Shown here piece after piece: positions 6,437 through 13,653 of a DNA stretch of 14,289 bases. A program made the translations under genes and the position numbers. A model generated the notes under the pieces. The model was not told where the DNA came from, ran no database searches, and worked only from the letters and a program-made list of their open reading frames with translations. The first letter of the stretch is position 1; each line of letters opens with the position of its first letter. Source of the stretch: an uncultured bacterium (GTDB taxonomy: Bacteria > Lernaellota > Lernaellaia > Lernaellales > Lernaellaceae); NCBI GenBank assembly GCA_964534375.1, contig CAZHPN010000158.1, positions 1 through 14,289 of the forward strand, given 5' to 3'.

Positions 6437-8002
6437 TCATCTCTCCTCCTCGCGCCCGGTGATCTGCGCGATCCGGCGATAGGTCGGCTCCAAGGCGCCA
6501 AACGATTTCTTGTAGACGTCGGTGAACAACTGGTTGTAAATGCGGTGGCAATCGGGATTCGGCTGGAACGTCTTGCCCTGGCGAACCATCTTCGCCACGG
6601 CTTCGCCAAACGTGGCGTGCATGCCCGTGGCGACGCCGGCGTCGATGGCCGCGCCGAGCGCCGCCGTCTCGGCGGTCGCCATCCGCGAGACGGGCAGATT
6701 GAACATGTCGGCCGCAATCTGCACGGCCACGTCGCTGCGCGAGCCGCCGCCGCCAACGCGGATCTCCCGCAGGGCGACGCCGTTCTTCCGCTGCACGATC
6801 TCCTGCATGCGGCGCAGTTCGAAACAAAGGCCTTCCAGGATCGCGCGGTAAATGTGCGCGCGGGTGTGGTTGTCCCCAAAGCCGATGATCGCCCCCCGGC
6901 CGTACTTATTGCTGGCAGCGGGCGTCCAGAACGGCTGCAGCATCAGGCCCATCGAGCCGGGCGGAATGTCGCGGATGACTTCATCCAGCACGACCTCCGG
7001 CGCCACCCCGCGCCGGGCGGCCTCGATCGCCTCGCGGTGGCCGAACTCCTGCTTGAACCAGGTCACCATCCAGAAGCCGCGCATGATGAACATCTCCAGC
7101 ACCCACGCGTTCGGCACGGCGGCCGGCCACGTGAAAAACCGCATGCGCGCATCGTGGATATACGTGTGCGATATCACCTCCATCGCCGTACCCGTGCCGA
7201 AGCTGATTGCGCCGATCGACGGTTCGATCGCGCCGGCCCCGAGCAATTCGCATTGCTTGTCGCCCGCCCCGACCACCAGCGGCAAGCCTTCCGGCAGCCC
7301 CGTCGCCCGCGCGGCTTCGGCGGTGATGCGGCCCAGCGGCTGGTCCGGCGGCAGCAGTTCGACGCATTGGTCTTTGCGGATGCCCAGCGCGTCGTAGATG
7401 AAACTCATCGGTCCGCCGAACAGCCGCAGCTTTTTGTAATCGAACGGAAAGATGCCCGAGACCATGGCGTAAGAATCGCGAAACTCACCCGTTAGCTGGC
7501 GGACGAAAAAACCCGTCGCCTGTACGAATTTGTGCGTCTTGGCGTAGATTTCCGGCTCGTGTTGCTTGATCCAAAGGAATTTGGACTGCTTCTGCGCGTA
7601 CCGCAACGCCTCGCCCTGGCCGATCAATTCGGCCGCGAGCCCGATGAGCTTGCCGAGCGGCGGCGTCTTGGCGACCGCCCGCTGATCGAGCCAGAGGATC
7701 GCCGGCCGCAAGGCATGGCCGGCTTCGTCCAGCGGGATGACGGTGTTGCGCTGGCTCGTCAGGCCGATGCCGGCGATCTCGCCGCGATCGACGTCGATCT
7801 TGGCCATCAGCCCCCGGCAAACCTGGCAGAGCTTGGCCCAGTAGTCCTCGGTGCGCTGCTCGGCCCAGCCTGGCGCCAAGGAGAAGTACGGTTCGTACTC
7901 GGCCCGCTCCAGAGCGATTTCCGCGCCGCCGCGATCGAACAGTACGGCGCGAATGCTCTGCGTGCCGGAGTCGATGGCGATGATGTAGTTTTTCTCGGGC
8001 AA
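6437..8002 (-). CDS. FGGY-family carbohydrate kinase
   Basis: YIIAIDSGTQSIRAVLFD, PGWAEQ, LTSQRNT, RPAILWLDQRA, GAGDKQCELLGAG, SFGT, HIYRAILEG, VGGGGSRS, AALGAA. TTG start with SD GAGGT. Confidence 0.93.
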   Translation of the reverse strand: MPEKNYIIAIDSGTQSIRAVLFDRGGAEIALERAEYEPYFSLAPGWAEQRTEDYWAKLCQVCRGLMAKIDVDRGEIAGIGLTSQRNTVIPLDEAGHALRPAILWLDQRAVAKTPPLGKLIGLAAELIGQGEALRYAQKQSKFLWIKQHEPEIYAKTHKFVQATGFFVRQLTGEFRDSYAMVSGIFPFDYKKLRLFGGPMSFIYDALGIRKDQCVELLPPDQPLGRITAEAARATGLPEGLPLVVGAGDKQCELLGAGAIEPSIGAISFGTGTAMEVISHTYIHDARMRFFTWPAAVPNAWVLEMFIMRGFWMVTWFKQEFGHREAIEAARRGVAPEVVLDEVIRDIPPGSMGLMLQPFWTPAASNKYGRGAIIGFGDNHTRAHIYRAILEGLCFELRRMQEIVQRKNGVALREIRVGGGGSRSDVAVQIAADMFNLPVSRMATAETAALGAAIDAGVATGMHATFGEAVAKMVRQGKTFQPNPDCHRIYNQLFTDVYKKSFGALEPTYRRIAQITGREEER

Positions 8003-8020
8003 GAGCGACCTCGAATCCCG

Positions 8021-9343
8021 CTATATCAATGGAACGATATTCGCCTGCGAGCGTTTCAACTTGGCCATGATGAATAGGGCCGCCGAACGCGCAAAGCTCG
8101 CCCGCGACAAGCGGACGGGGTGGACGCGCATCTGCTTGCACAAGCCGGCGGTCGACAGCGCCAGGTCGTTGCATCCCGGACTCATCGTCACGTTGCGTTT
8201 GCCGAGGCGAGCCTCCAAGGCGACGCCGTAGTCTTGAATCGCGCAACTGCCGGCGATGTGCACGCGGCCGGTCAGCCGCTCGACCGCCGCTTTATCGATG
8301 CCCTTGCCCATGAGGATCGTGAAGCCGCCCTTGCCGCCGTGGTCGCGGTATAGCAATTCGACGATATTTTCGGTGTTGCGGCGGCAACCTTCTTTGCAGC
8401 AGCGTTCCCGGCCCCGAAGAAACGCCACGTCGGGCGGATAGTCGTCGAGCAACTCGCAGGTGAAATGCTGCCGCCGCTCATCGAAGAGTGGGCGATTGAC
8501 GATATCAATATTCGCGATGTCGCTTTCGCCGATGCCCGTTGCGCGGCAAAGATCCAAGTGTTTGACGTCGGCCAGCTCGAAACCCAGCAGCGCCGCGCTG
8601 ACCACGTCTGTCGCCAGCGAATCGGCGCCACCGATCAGCAGGTTCAACGGCACGACGCATTTGCCCGCGTTGTACGTCGTGGGATAGTGGCCGTGGTTGG
8701 TGGCGATCAGGCCGTCGATCAGCGCGAAATCGGGCCGCAACACGCGATAGATGTCGGCGAACTTTTGATGGATGCGGAAGTTGTGGTCCGCGATGCGGCT
8801 GCGCTGGTGCACGAAGCCGAATTGATTTTTGACGGACAAGGTCACTTGCGACATGCTGTGCGTTTTGAGCTTGGGCAGCGAGACGTAGAGGTTTTCGGCG
8901 CGTTTTTCGATGAGCCTTTCGAAAACGAAGCGCGAGATGTCGATGAATTCCTCAAGGCCTTCCAGGAAGACGGGAACGGCCGCGGTTTCGTCGAGATAGA
9001 CCGGCACGGCGCCGGTTTCCTTGCAGACGCGGCGGTAGCCGGCGCCATGGAACACGAGGCGCGTGAAGTTGGCTTGCGTGCAGTTGTCCATGACGTAGAT
9101 CGCGCGCGCGCCGCAGGTTTGAAAATAGCGGATGGTCTCGCGCAGCACTTCCGGGTCGGTGAAGACGTTTGGTTCGGGGCCAACCGCGTTGACTTTGAGG
9201 TATACGTCGCGGCTCGCACGAAGCAGGCTCGCGCCGCCGCCGAATTGTTCGAAGATTTCGCGAATCGCGGGCGCCACGTGCGGCTTCGCGTCCGCGATGA
9301 CGACTTTCGTTCTCGACTTTTCCGACGTCGCCGCTGCGTTCAT
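8021..9343 (-). CDS. DUF362 domain-containing protein with a C-terminal Cys-motif (putative Fe-S) domain
   Basis: VYLKVN, TDPEVLRETI, VSLPKLKTHSMSQVTLSVKNQFG, RPDFALIDG, LIGGADSLATDVV...LLG fit the DUF362 pattern. The C-terminal part carries CCKEGC...GSC...PGC. Confidence 0.85.
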   Translation of the reverse strand: MNAAATSEKSRTKVVIADAKPHVAPAIREIFEQFGGGASLLRASRDVYLKVNAVGPEPNVFTDPEVLRETIRYFQTCGARAIYVMDNCTQANFTRLVFHGAGYRRVCKETGAVPVYLDETAAVPVFLEGLEEFIDISRFVFERLIEKRAENLYVSLPKLKTHSMSQVTLSVKNQFGFVHQRSRIADHNFRIHQKFADIYRVLRPDFALIDGLIATNHGHYPTTYNAGKCVVPLNLLIGGADSLATDVVSAALLGFELADVKHLDLCRATGIGESDIANIDIVNRPLFDERRQHFTCELLDDYPPDVAFLRGRERCCKEGCRRNTENIVELLYRDHGGKGGFTILMGKGIDKAAVERLTGRVHIAGSCAIQDYGVALEARLGKRNVTMSPGCNDLALSTAGLCKQMRVHPVRLSRASFARSAALFIMAKLKRSQANIVPLI

Positions 9344-9356
9344 GCGCGCCTCTGTT

Positions 9357-11057
9357 TCACCGTCGAACGGGGATGTCGTCCAAACCGAGTTGGCCGCCCG
9401 GATTCATGATGTGGTGCGGGTCGAAGTGCTCTTTCAGGGCTCGCAGCACCGCCATTTGTTCTTTCCCGAGGTGGGCTTCCAGCCAGGGCGCCAGCAAACG
9501 GCCGACGCCGTGGTGATGGCTCAGCGTGCCGCCGTGCTTCACGATCCGCTCGACGATGCCGTTCTGAAAGGCGACGTATTCGTCCATTTCCAGACGGCCC
9601 ATGATGATGAAGTAAAGATTGGTCCCTTGCGGGTAGAAGTGCGAGGCGTGCGTCATGCAGATCGTGCGCGGCCGGGCTTTGATGAACGCGCGCACGCCTT
9701 CGTGCAGGCGATGCAGGTTGTCCCACGTGACGCTGGCCTCCAGCGTGTCGATGAAGATGCCGTAGTCGAAAAGATCCTCGCGCATGTAGGGCTCATGATA
9801 GCGCGTGCGTTCCCATTTCTTCGCCGGATAACCGGTCAACGTGATGGCGCCGTGTTGCCGCGCGATGCGTTTGATCTTGCGCGCCACCAGGCGCGTGTAA
9901 TCCTCATCGCCTTCGACATTGCCCAGGCTGATGCAGCGCTGCATCGGCTGGAAACCGCGACGGACCAGAATCGAATCCACGAAGCCCGGCATCCCGTAGA
10001 GCTTCAGGCCGCGCTCGGTTTCCTCCGGGTCGGAAATGCGATAGATGGCCGGCTTGCCGAACTCGCCCTGCATGATCTCGCGGCTGGCGTTCACCGCCGC
10101 TTCCCAAGTCGGGTACATGAAGCCGAAGCGCTTCCGGTTCTGGGGCATGTGCCGGAAGATCTTCATGGTGACTTCGACCAGGATGCCGAAGGCGCCTTCC
10201 GAGCCCTTCATGATGTCGTTCACCTTGGGGCCGGTCGCGGTGGCCGGGTAGTCCAACGTCTTGAAGTCGCCCGCGGGCGTGACGTACTCCTGGCTGAAGA
10301 CGATATCATACGCATCGCCGTAGTAGGTCGATGCCTGGCCGGAGCCGAGGGTGACGATCCAGCCGCCCACCGTGGAATACTCGAACGATTGGGGAAAATG
10401 GCCGCAGGTATAGCGGCGTTGGCAGCCGAAGCGCTCGGGGGCGTTGTTGAGCGCCTCCTCGTAGGCGGGCCCGAACATGCCCGGCTGCACGCGGGCAACC
10501 TGGTTGAGTTCGTTGATTTCCAGCAGCCGATTCATGTGCGTGTTCAAGACCAGCGTGACGCCGCCCTGGTACGGCCGGCAGCCGAAATTGCACGACGAAC
10601 CGCCGCTGAAGACCGTGATCGGGATGCGCTCGGCGTCGCAATACTGCACGATGTTCCGCACGTCGTTTTTGTCGCGCGGATGAACGACCATATCGGCCAC
10701 TTCCCGGATGACGCCCTGGCGGATTTCCCAGATCTCCTCGGAGGATTTGCCTGACGCGTATTTGACGCGGGCGTAGTCGTCGAGGGACACGTTTTCTTTG
10801 CCGACGATGGCCGCCAGCGCGTCAATTTGCTCAGGCTTGATCGCCGAAGGGCGGCTGAGCGCAACGCGTTCGTGCCCCTCGGATTGCTTGACTGCAAAGT
10901 CCGCCTCCGACATCTGAAATTCGTCCAGAAACATCTTGACCCACGCGTCGCTCGGATGCTTGAAATAGCGCGGGTCGCCGTACTTGGCGATCGAACGGAA
11001 CGTGCCGGGCGTCGGGGCCTGGTCGGACCACTTCGGTCGGAACTTCCTGAATTTCAT
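9357..11057 (-). CDS. FAD-binding oxidoreductase (VAO/PCMH family), alkyldihydroxyacetonephosphate synthase-like
   Basis: ADMVVHP, PITVFSGGSS, GHFPQSFEYSTVGGW, GSGQASTYYG, GSEGAFGI, PAIYRISDPEET, DTLEASVTW, MTHASHFYPQGTNLYF, GGTLSHHHGVG, LKEHFDPHHIMNPG. SD AAAGGA. Confidence 0.9.
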   Translation of the reverse strand: MKFRKFRPKWSDQAPTPGTFRSIAKYGDPRYFKHPSDAWVKMFLDEFQMSEADFAVKQSEGHERVALSRPSAIKPEQIDALAAIVGKENVSLDDYARVKYASGKSSEEIWEIRQGVIREVADMVVHPRDKNDVRNIVQYCDAERIPITVFSGGSSCNFGCRPYQGGVTLVLNTHMNRLLEINELNQVARVQPGMFGPAYEEALNNAPERFGCQRRYTCGHFPQSFEYSTVGGWIVTLGSGQASTYYGDAYDIVFSQEYVTPAGDFKTLDYPATATGPKVNDIMKGSEGAFGILVEVTMKIFRHMPQNRKRFGFMYPTWEAAVNASREIMQGEFGKPAIYRISDPEETERGLKLYGMPGFVDSILVRRGFQPMQRCISLGNVEGDEDYTRLVARKIKRIARQHGAITLTGYPAKKWERTRYHEPYMREDLFDYGIFIDTLEASVTWDNLHRLHEGVRAFIKARPRTICMTHASHFYPQGTNLYFIIMGRLEMDEYVAFQNGIVERIVKHGGTLSHHHGVGRLLAPWLEAHLGKEQMAVLRALKEHFDPHHIMNPGGQLGLDDIPVRR

Positions 11058-11075
11058 CGGCGGGTCCTTTTTTTC

Positions 11076-11103
11076 AGTTTGATTGTCGCCATTGTTGGGT
11101 CAA
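11076..11103 (-). promoter_or_regulatory. Possible sigma70-type promoter of the FAD oxidoreductase operon
   Basis: Minus strand TTGACC(11103-11098)-16 nt-CAAACT(11081-11076); the -10 is weak. Confidence 0.3.
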
Positions 11104-11199
11104 GGCGATTTGGCCGCCGCGGACATCTTCTCGCATGCTCTGCGGCGGGCTTTGTCAGCGGCCGTAAACGCGCCGACGTCGGCAACCTCTCGGAAATTC

Positions 11200-11297
11200 T
11201 GGCGGAAGCGGATGGGAATCGAACCCACCGAGGCCGGGATTAGCGACCTCCACCGGGTTTGAAGCCCGGGCGGCACACCAGTCGCCGAACCGCTTCC
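11200..11297 (-). tRNA. selC: tRNA-Sec (anticodon UCA)
   Basis: Reverse complement GGAAGCGG-TT-CGGCGACTGGTGTGCCG-C-CCGGG-CTTCAAA-CCCGG-TG-GAGGTCG-CTAATCC-CGGCCTC-G-GTGGG-TTCGATT-CCCAT-CCGCTTCC-GCCA. It is 98 nt with an 8-bp acceptor stem, long D-stem with 4-nt loop, TCA anticodon, long variable arm, 5-bp T stem, G discriminator and encoded CCA. Confidence 0.97.
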
Positions 11298-11423
11298 CTA
11301 GTAAAATCCGTTAGTTGGGGCGTTGGTCAAATTCTTGATTCGCCCGAACCGCGCCTAAACCCTGCCCGAAACCGGTTTCCGCGTCAACCTTGCCGGATGG
11401 CGAGCAGAGCTTTGGCGCCTGTT

Positions 11424-11660
11424 TCACTCCGGGGAACTGTTCTCCGCCGGCGGAGCCGCTGAAGCCTCCGCCCGAGCAAGTCTTTCTTCGATTCTTTGCA
11501 GAATCGCCGTCTGCTTGACGAGTTCAGCGTGGGATTTCTTTGTCCACGATCTCACGGCATCAATGATAAACGGCATGATGAACCACAAGAATCCCAGAAT
11601 CACCAGAAAAACGATCCAGACGCACCCGAGACCGGCAAAGGCCTTGGTCAGATCATCCAT
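11424..11660 (-). CDS. Small hypothetical membrane protein (78 aa; one TM plus short coiled coil)
   Basis: Strong SD GGAGGTG before ATG; hydrophobic GLGCVWIVFLVILGFLWFIMPFII, then ELVKQTAILQRIEERLARAEA. Confidence 0.7.
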   Translation of the reverse strand: MDDLTKAFAGLGCVWIVFLVILGFLWFIMPFIIDAVRSWTKKSHAELVKQTAILQRIEERLARAEASAAPPAENSSPE

Positions 11661-12369
11661 TTCTCACACCTCCGCTTGAAATGTTTTCATTGCTCGACGG
11701 ACCGTCCGCCGGGCCATGGAAGCAACCGCGTTGCGGCGCCGCCGGCGCCCGCCGCTGCTTCGCCGCCGACCATAACGGACAGGCAACGTCGCGGCACGAT
11801 TCGTCGCCGGTCCACGTTCCGGATTCTGCGGCACACGCGCTCTGCGTGACCATGTCGTCGCAAATGCCGGTTGGCGGACAACAAGCGCCCGTCTGCACGC
11901 CGCACCAATACGTGGGGCAGAGCAGGCCGCCGTGCCAACTTCCGGCGTATTGATCGGCGCACTATTCGGCCGTGAGCTGAAAGCAATAGTTATAGGCGTC
12001 GCAGCACGCGCCGGAGACAATATCATCGTCGTCATCGTCGTCATTGTCGCCGTCATTGTCGTCGACATTGTCGTCATCGTCAACGGGCGGCGACGAGTCG
12101 TCGTCATCGTCCGCGATTGCATCGTTGTCGTCGTCATCGTCGTCATCGGGTGATGCATCGTCGTCATTGTCATCGTTATCATCGTCGTCGTTATCGCCGG
12201 CATCATCCGGCGATTGGTCGTCGTCGTTGTCATCGGCGGCGGGCGAAGCATCGTCGTCGGCCGATTGCTGTACGCCGCTGTTGGTGCTGCTGGAACCGCC
12301 GCAGGCAAGCGCATCGGCGAGGAACGCCGGCGTCAACATGAGCCATAGAAACCAATGGCTGCGTTTCAT
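11653..12369 (-). pseudogene. Asp-rich lipoprotein with two 37-aa Cys-rich GACC repeats, interrupted by an in-frame TAG at 11962-11964 (pseudogene, sequence error or readthrough)
   Basis: ORFs 11962..12369 and 11653..11898 are in one frame, joined by 21 sense codons after the TAG. Lipobox-like ALA-C(23)-GGSSS, about 80-aa Asp-rich stalk, then GACCDAYNYCFQLTAE*CADQYAGSWHGGLLCPTYWC and GACCPPTGICDDMVTQSACAAESGTWTGDESCRDVAC. SD GGAGG. Confidence 0.75.
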
Positions 12370-12437
12370 GACGTTGCCTCCATTGCCCGCGCCTGTCCCG
12401 AACTCAGAACGTCTGGGAAAGGCGATTGTCGCGTTCG

Positions 12438-12466
12438 GCTATACGACGCCCGCGCCTTGCCGTCAA
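12438..12466 (-). promoter_or_regulatory. Putative sigma70-type promoter of the Asp-rich lipoprotein gene
   Basis: Minus strand TTGACG(12466-12461)-17 nt-TATAGC(12443-12438). Confidence 0.55.
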
Positions 12467-12722
12467 TGCTGCACTCCGCGCCGCTCGGCTTGCAGCCGCC
12501 GCAGATCAGTATGGCCGTAATCGTCCCATAGCGTTTCTCGGTTGTCACGAAGGCGGCGGCCGGTTCCGGCTTCTTCCGGCGCCGGCGCCAGACAAATTGG
12601 CTCTCACAACGTTGCCGCGCGCGGTTTCTACGACCGGGGCGTCGTAGGAGCGTCAAACGGAAGGCCGACGCATCCAGGCAAATTTGCCTGGCTGTATTTA
12701 GCAGGCGAGCGGCGCGGGCAGC

Positions 12723-13211
12723 CTAGTCGCAAGAACTCCCGCGACCGCCGACTGCCTTCACGAACAAGCCGATCCCGAGCATGACCAGCACAAGCGGCAA
12801 GTCAGGGCCGACTTTCAAAATGCCGGAGCCGGGGCGGTTTTCGGCGCGGGGCGTTGCGTAGGCGATCACGCCCCCTTTGCCTTGGCCAATTCCGCCGAGT
12901 TGAGCGCCAAAGCCCGGCGAGGCATCGTCGTCGGGCGAGCCGTCGTCATCGGGTGAAGCATCATCGTCGAGCGAGGTGTCGTCATCGGGTGAAGCATCAT
13001 CGTCGAGCGAGGTGTCGTCATCGGGTGAAGTATCATCGTCGAATGACCTATCCCCTGGCGCAACGCCGCATTGTTCACCGCCGCCGCCGCAGCCACAGCC
13101 GGATGCGTTGCCGCACTGCGGCGCCCCGTCGGCGAAGGCGGCAATCGGCGACAAGATTAGCGCGACAAGAAAAAGAAGCCGAATCCACACGGTCCATCCT
13201 CGGTTGAGCAT
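12723..13211 (-). CDS. Hypothetical exported protein (162 aa): signal peptide, Cys/Gly motif, DDDxS[PL] repeats, C-terminal TM
   Basis: From ATG 13211: [27 protein letters not shown] (signal), [16 protein letters not shown], 7 x DDD(T/A/G)S(P/L), [14 protein letters not shown] (TM), [11 protein letters not shown]. The ORF-track start at 13454 runs through repeat DNA and looks non-coding. Confidence 0.7.
   Translation of the reverse strand: MLNRGWTVWIRLLFLVALILSPIAAFADGAPQCGNASGCGCGGGGEQCGVAPGDRSFDDDTSPDDDTSLDDDASPDDDTSLDDDASPDDDGSPDDDASPGFGAQLGGIGQGKGGVIAYATPRAENRPGSGILKVGPDLPLVLVMLGIGLFVKAVGGRGSSCD
12942..13042. repeat. Coding tandem repeat: 36-nt unit (two 18-nt subunits) x about 2.8
   Basis: GTCGTCATCGGGTGAAGCATCATCGTCGAGCGAGGT at 12942 and 12978, with a partial copy at 13014. 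It encodes [12 protein letters not shown] on the minus strand. Confidence 0.92.
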
Positions 13212-13407
13212 GTGCCGCCTTCGGAACGTCTCGAAAAGCCATCCCCAGGTTTCATGGACACGCGCCTCGTTGATTGCCGTCAAGTTGTTCGCTGACCGGG
13301 CTGGCCCGCAGTATGCGCAGGTCGGTGTGGCCGGTGATCGTTCGGCAGCGGGTTTTTCTCGCCGGAACGGAATCTTTACCTTCGCCGCGATTCTGCCGGA
13401 ATTTCCG

Positions 13408-13495
13408 ATTCGCGTGCAATTGCGTGCATTCGCGGTAAAGAGAGCCAAAATCATTCGCGTGCATTCGTGTAAGAAAAGCCGAAATCATTCGCGGT
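13408..13495. repeat. Intergenic ATTCGCGTGC-type decamer cluster with a 34-35-nt higher-order duplication
   Basis: ATTCGCGTGC AATTGCGTGC ATTCGCGGT-aaagagagccaaaatc-ATTCGCGTGC ATTCGTGT-aagaaaagccgaaatc-ATTCGCGGT. Confidence 0.85.
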
Positions 13496-13550
13496 CAGCA
13501 AATCCCTCACTTTCATTCCTTCGCGGTTCCAACTTCCATTCCGGCGCAGT

Positions 13551-13578
13551 TTGCTTATACTCGAACCGGTCGTATATT
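13551..13578 (+). promoter_or_regulatory. Putative sigma70-type promoter of transketolase
   Basis: TTGCTT(13551-13556)-16 nt-TATATT(13573-13578) in an AT-rich patch. Confidence 0.5.
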
Positions 13579-13653
13579 TATGGGGTTCGAGAAAAAGATG
13601 AATCGTCGCCGGCGCGTCCCGCTTCGCGCCGGGTTTCAAGGGGGATGTTTTCC

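Noticed and set aside
6425..10754. Long plus-strand ORFs (6425..7495, 8465..9409, 9132..10754 and others)
   Set aside because: They are antisense shadows of the well-supported minus-strand operon.
6437..11199. Genomic island integrated at the selC 3' end
   Set aside because: There is no integrase or transposase and no duplicated tRNA 3' end; the only match I noticed was 8 nt (TGGCGGAA near 907), expected by chance. The genes look like ordinary metabolic genes.
11962..11964. Genome-wide TAG reassignment, or decoding of this stop by tRNA-Sec
   Set aside because: TAG ends the GGDEF and DUF362 genes at natural positions, and anticodon UCA does not read UAG.
11664..12520. Poly-Thr (11664..12314) and poly-Ser (12044..12520) ORFs
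   Set aside because: They are other frames of the Asp-rich lipoprotein; only the Asp frame has an SD, signal peptide and Cys repeats.
12942..13042. 36-nt direct repeats as a CRISPR array
   Set aside because: The units are directly tandem with no spacers, they encode in-frame [12 protein letters not shown], and there are no cas genes.
13408..13495. Repeat-spacer-like pattern as a mini-CRISPR
   Set aside because: The repeats are short and variable, and the 16-nt spacers are near copies of each other.
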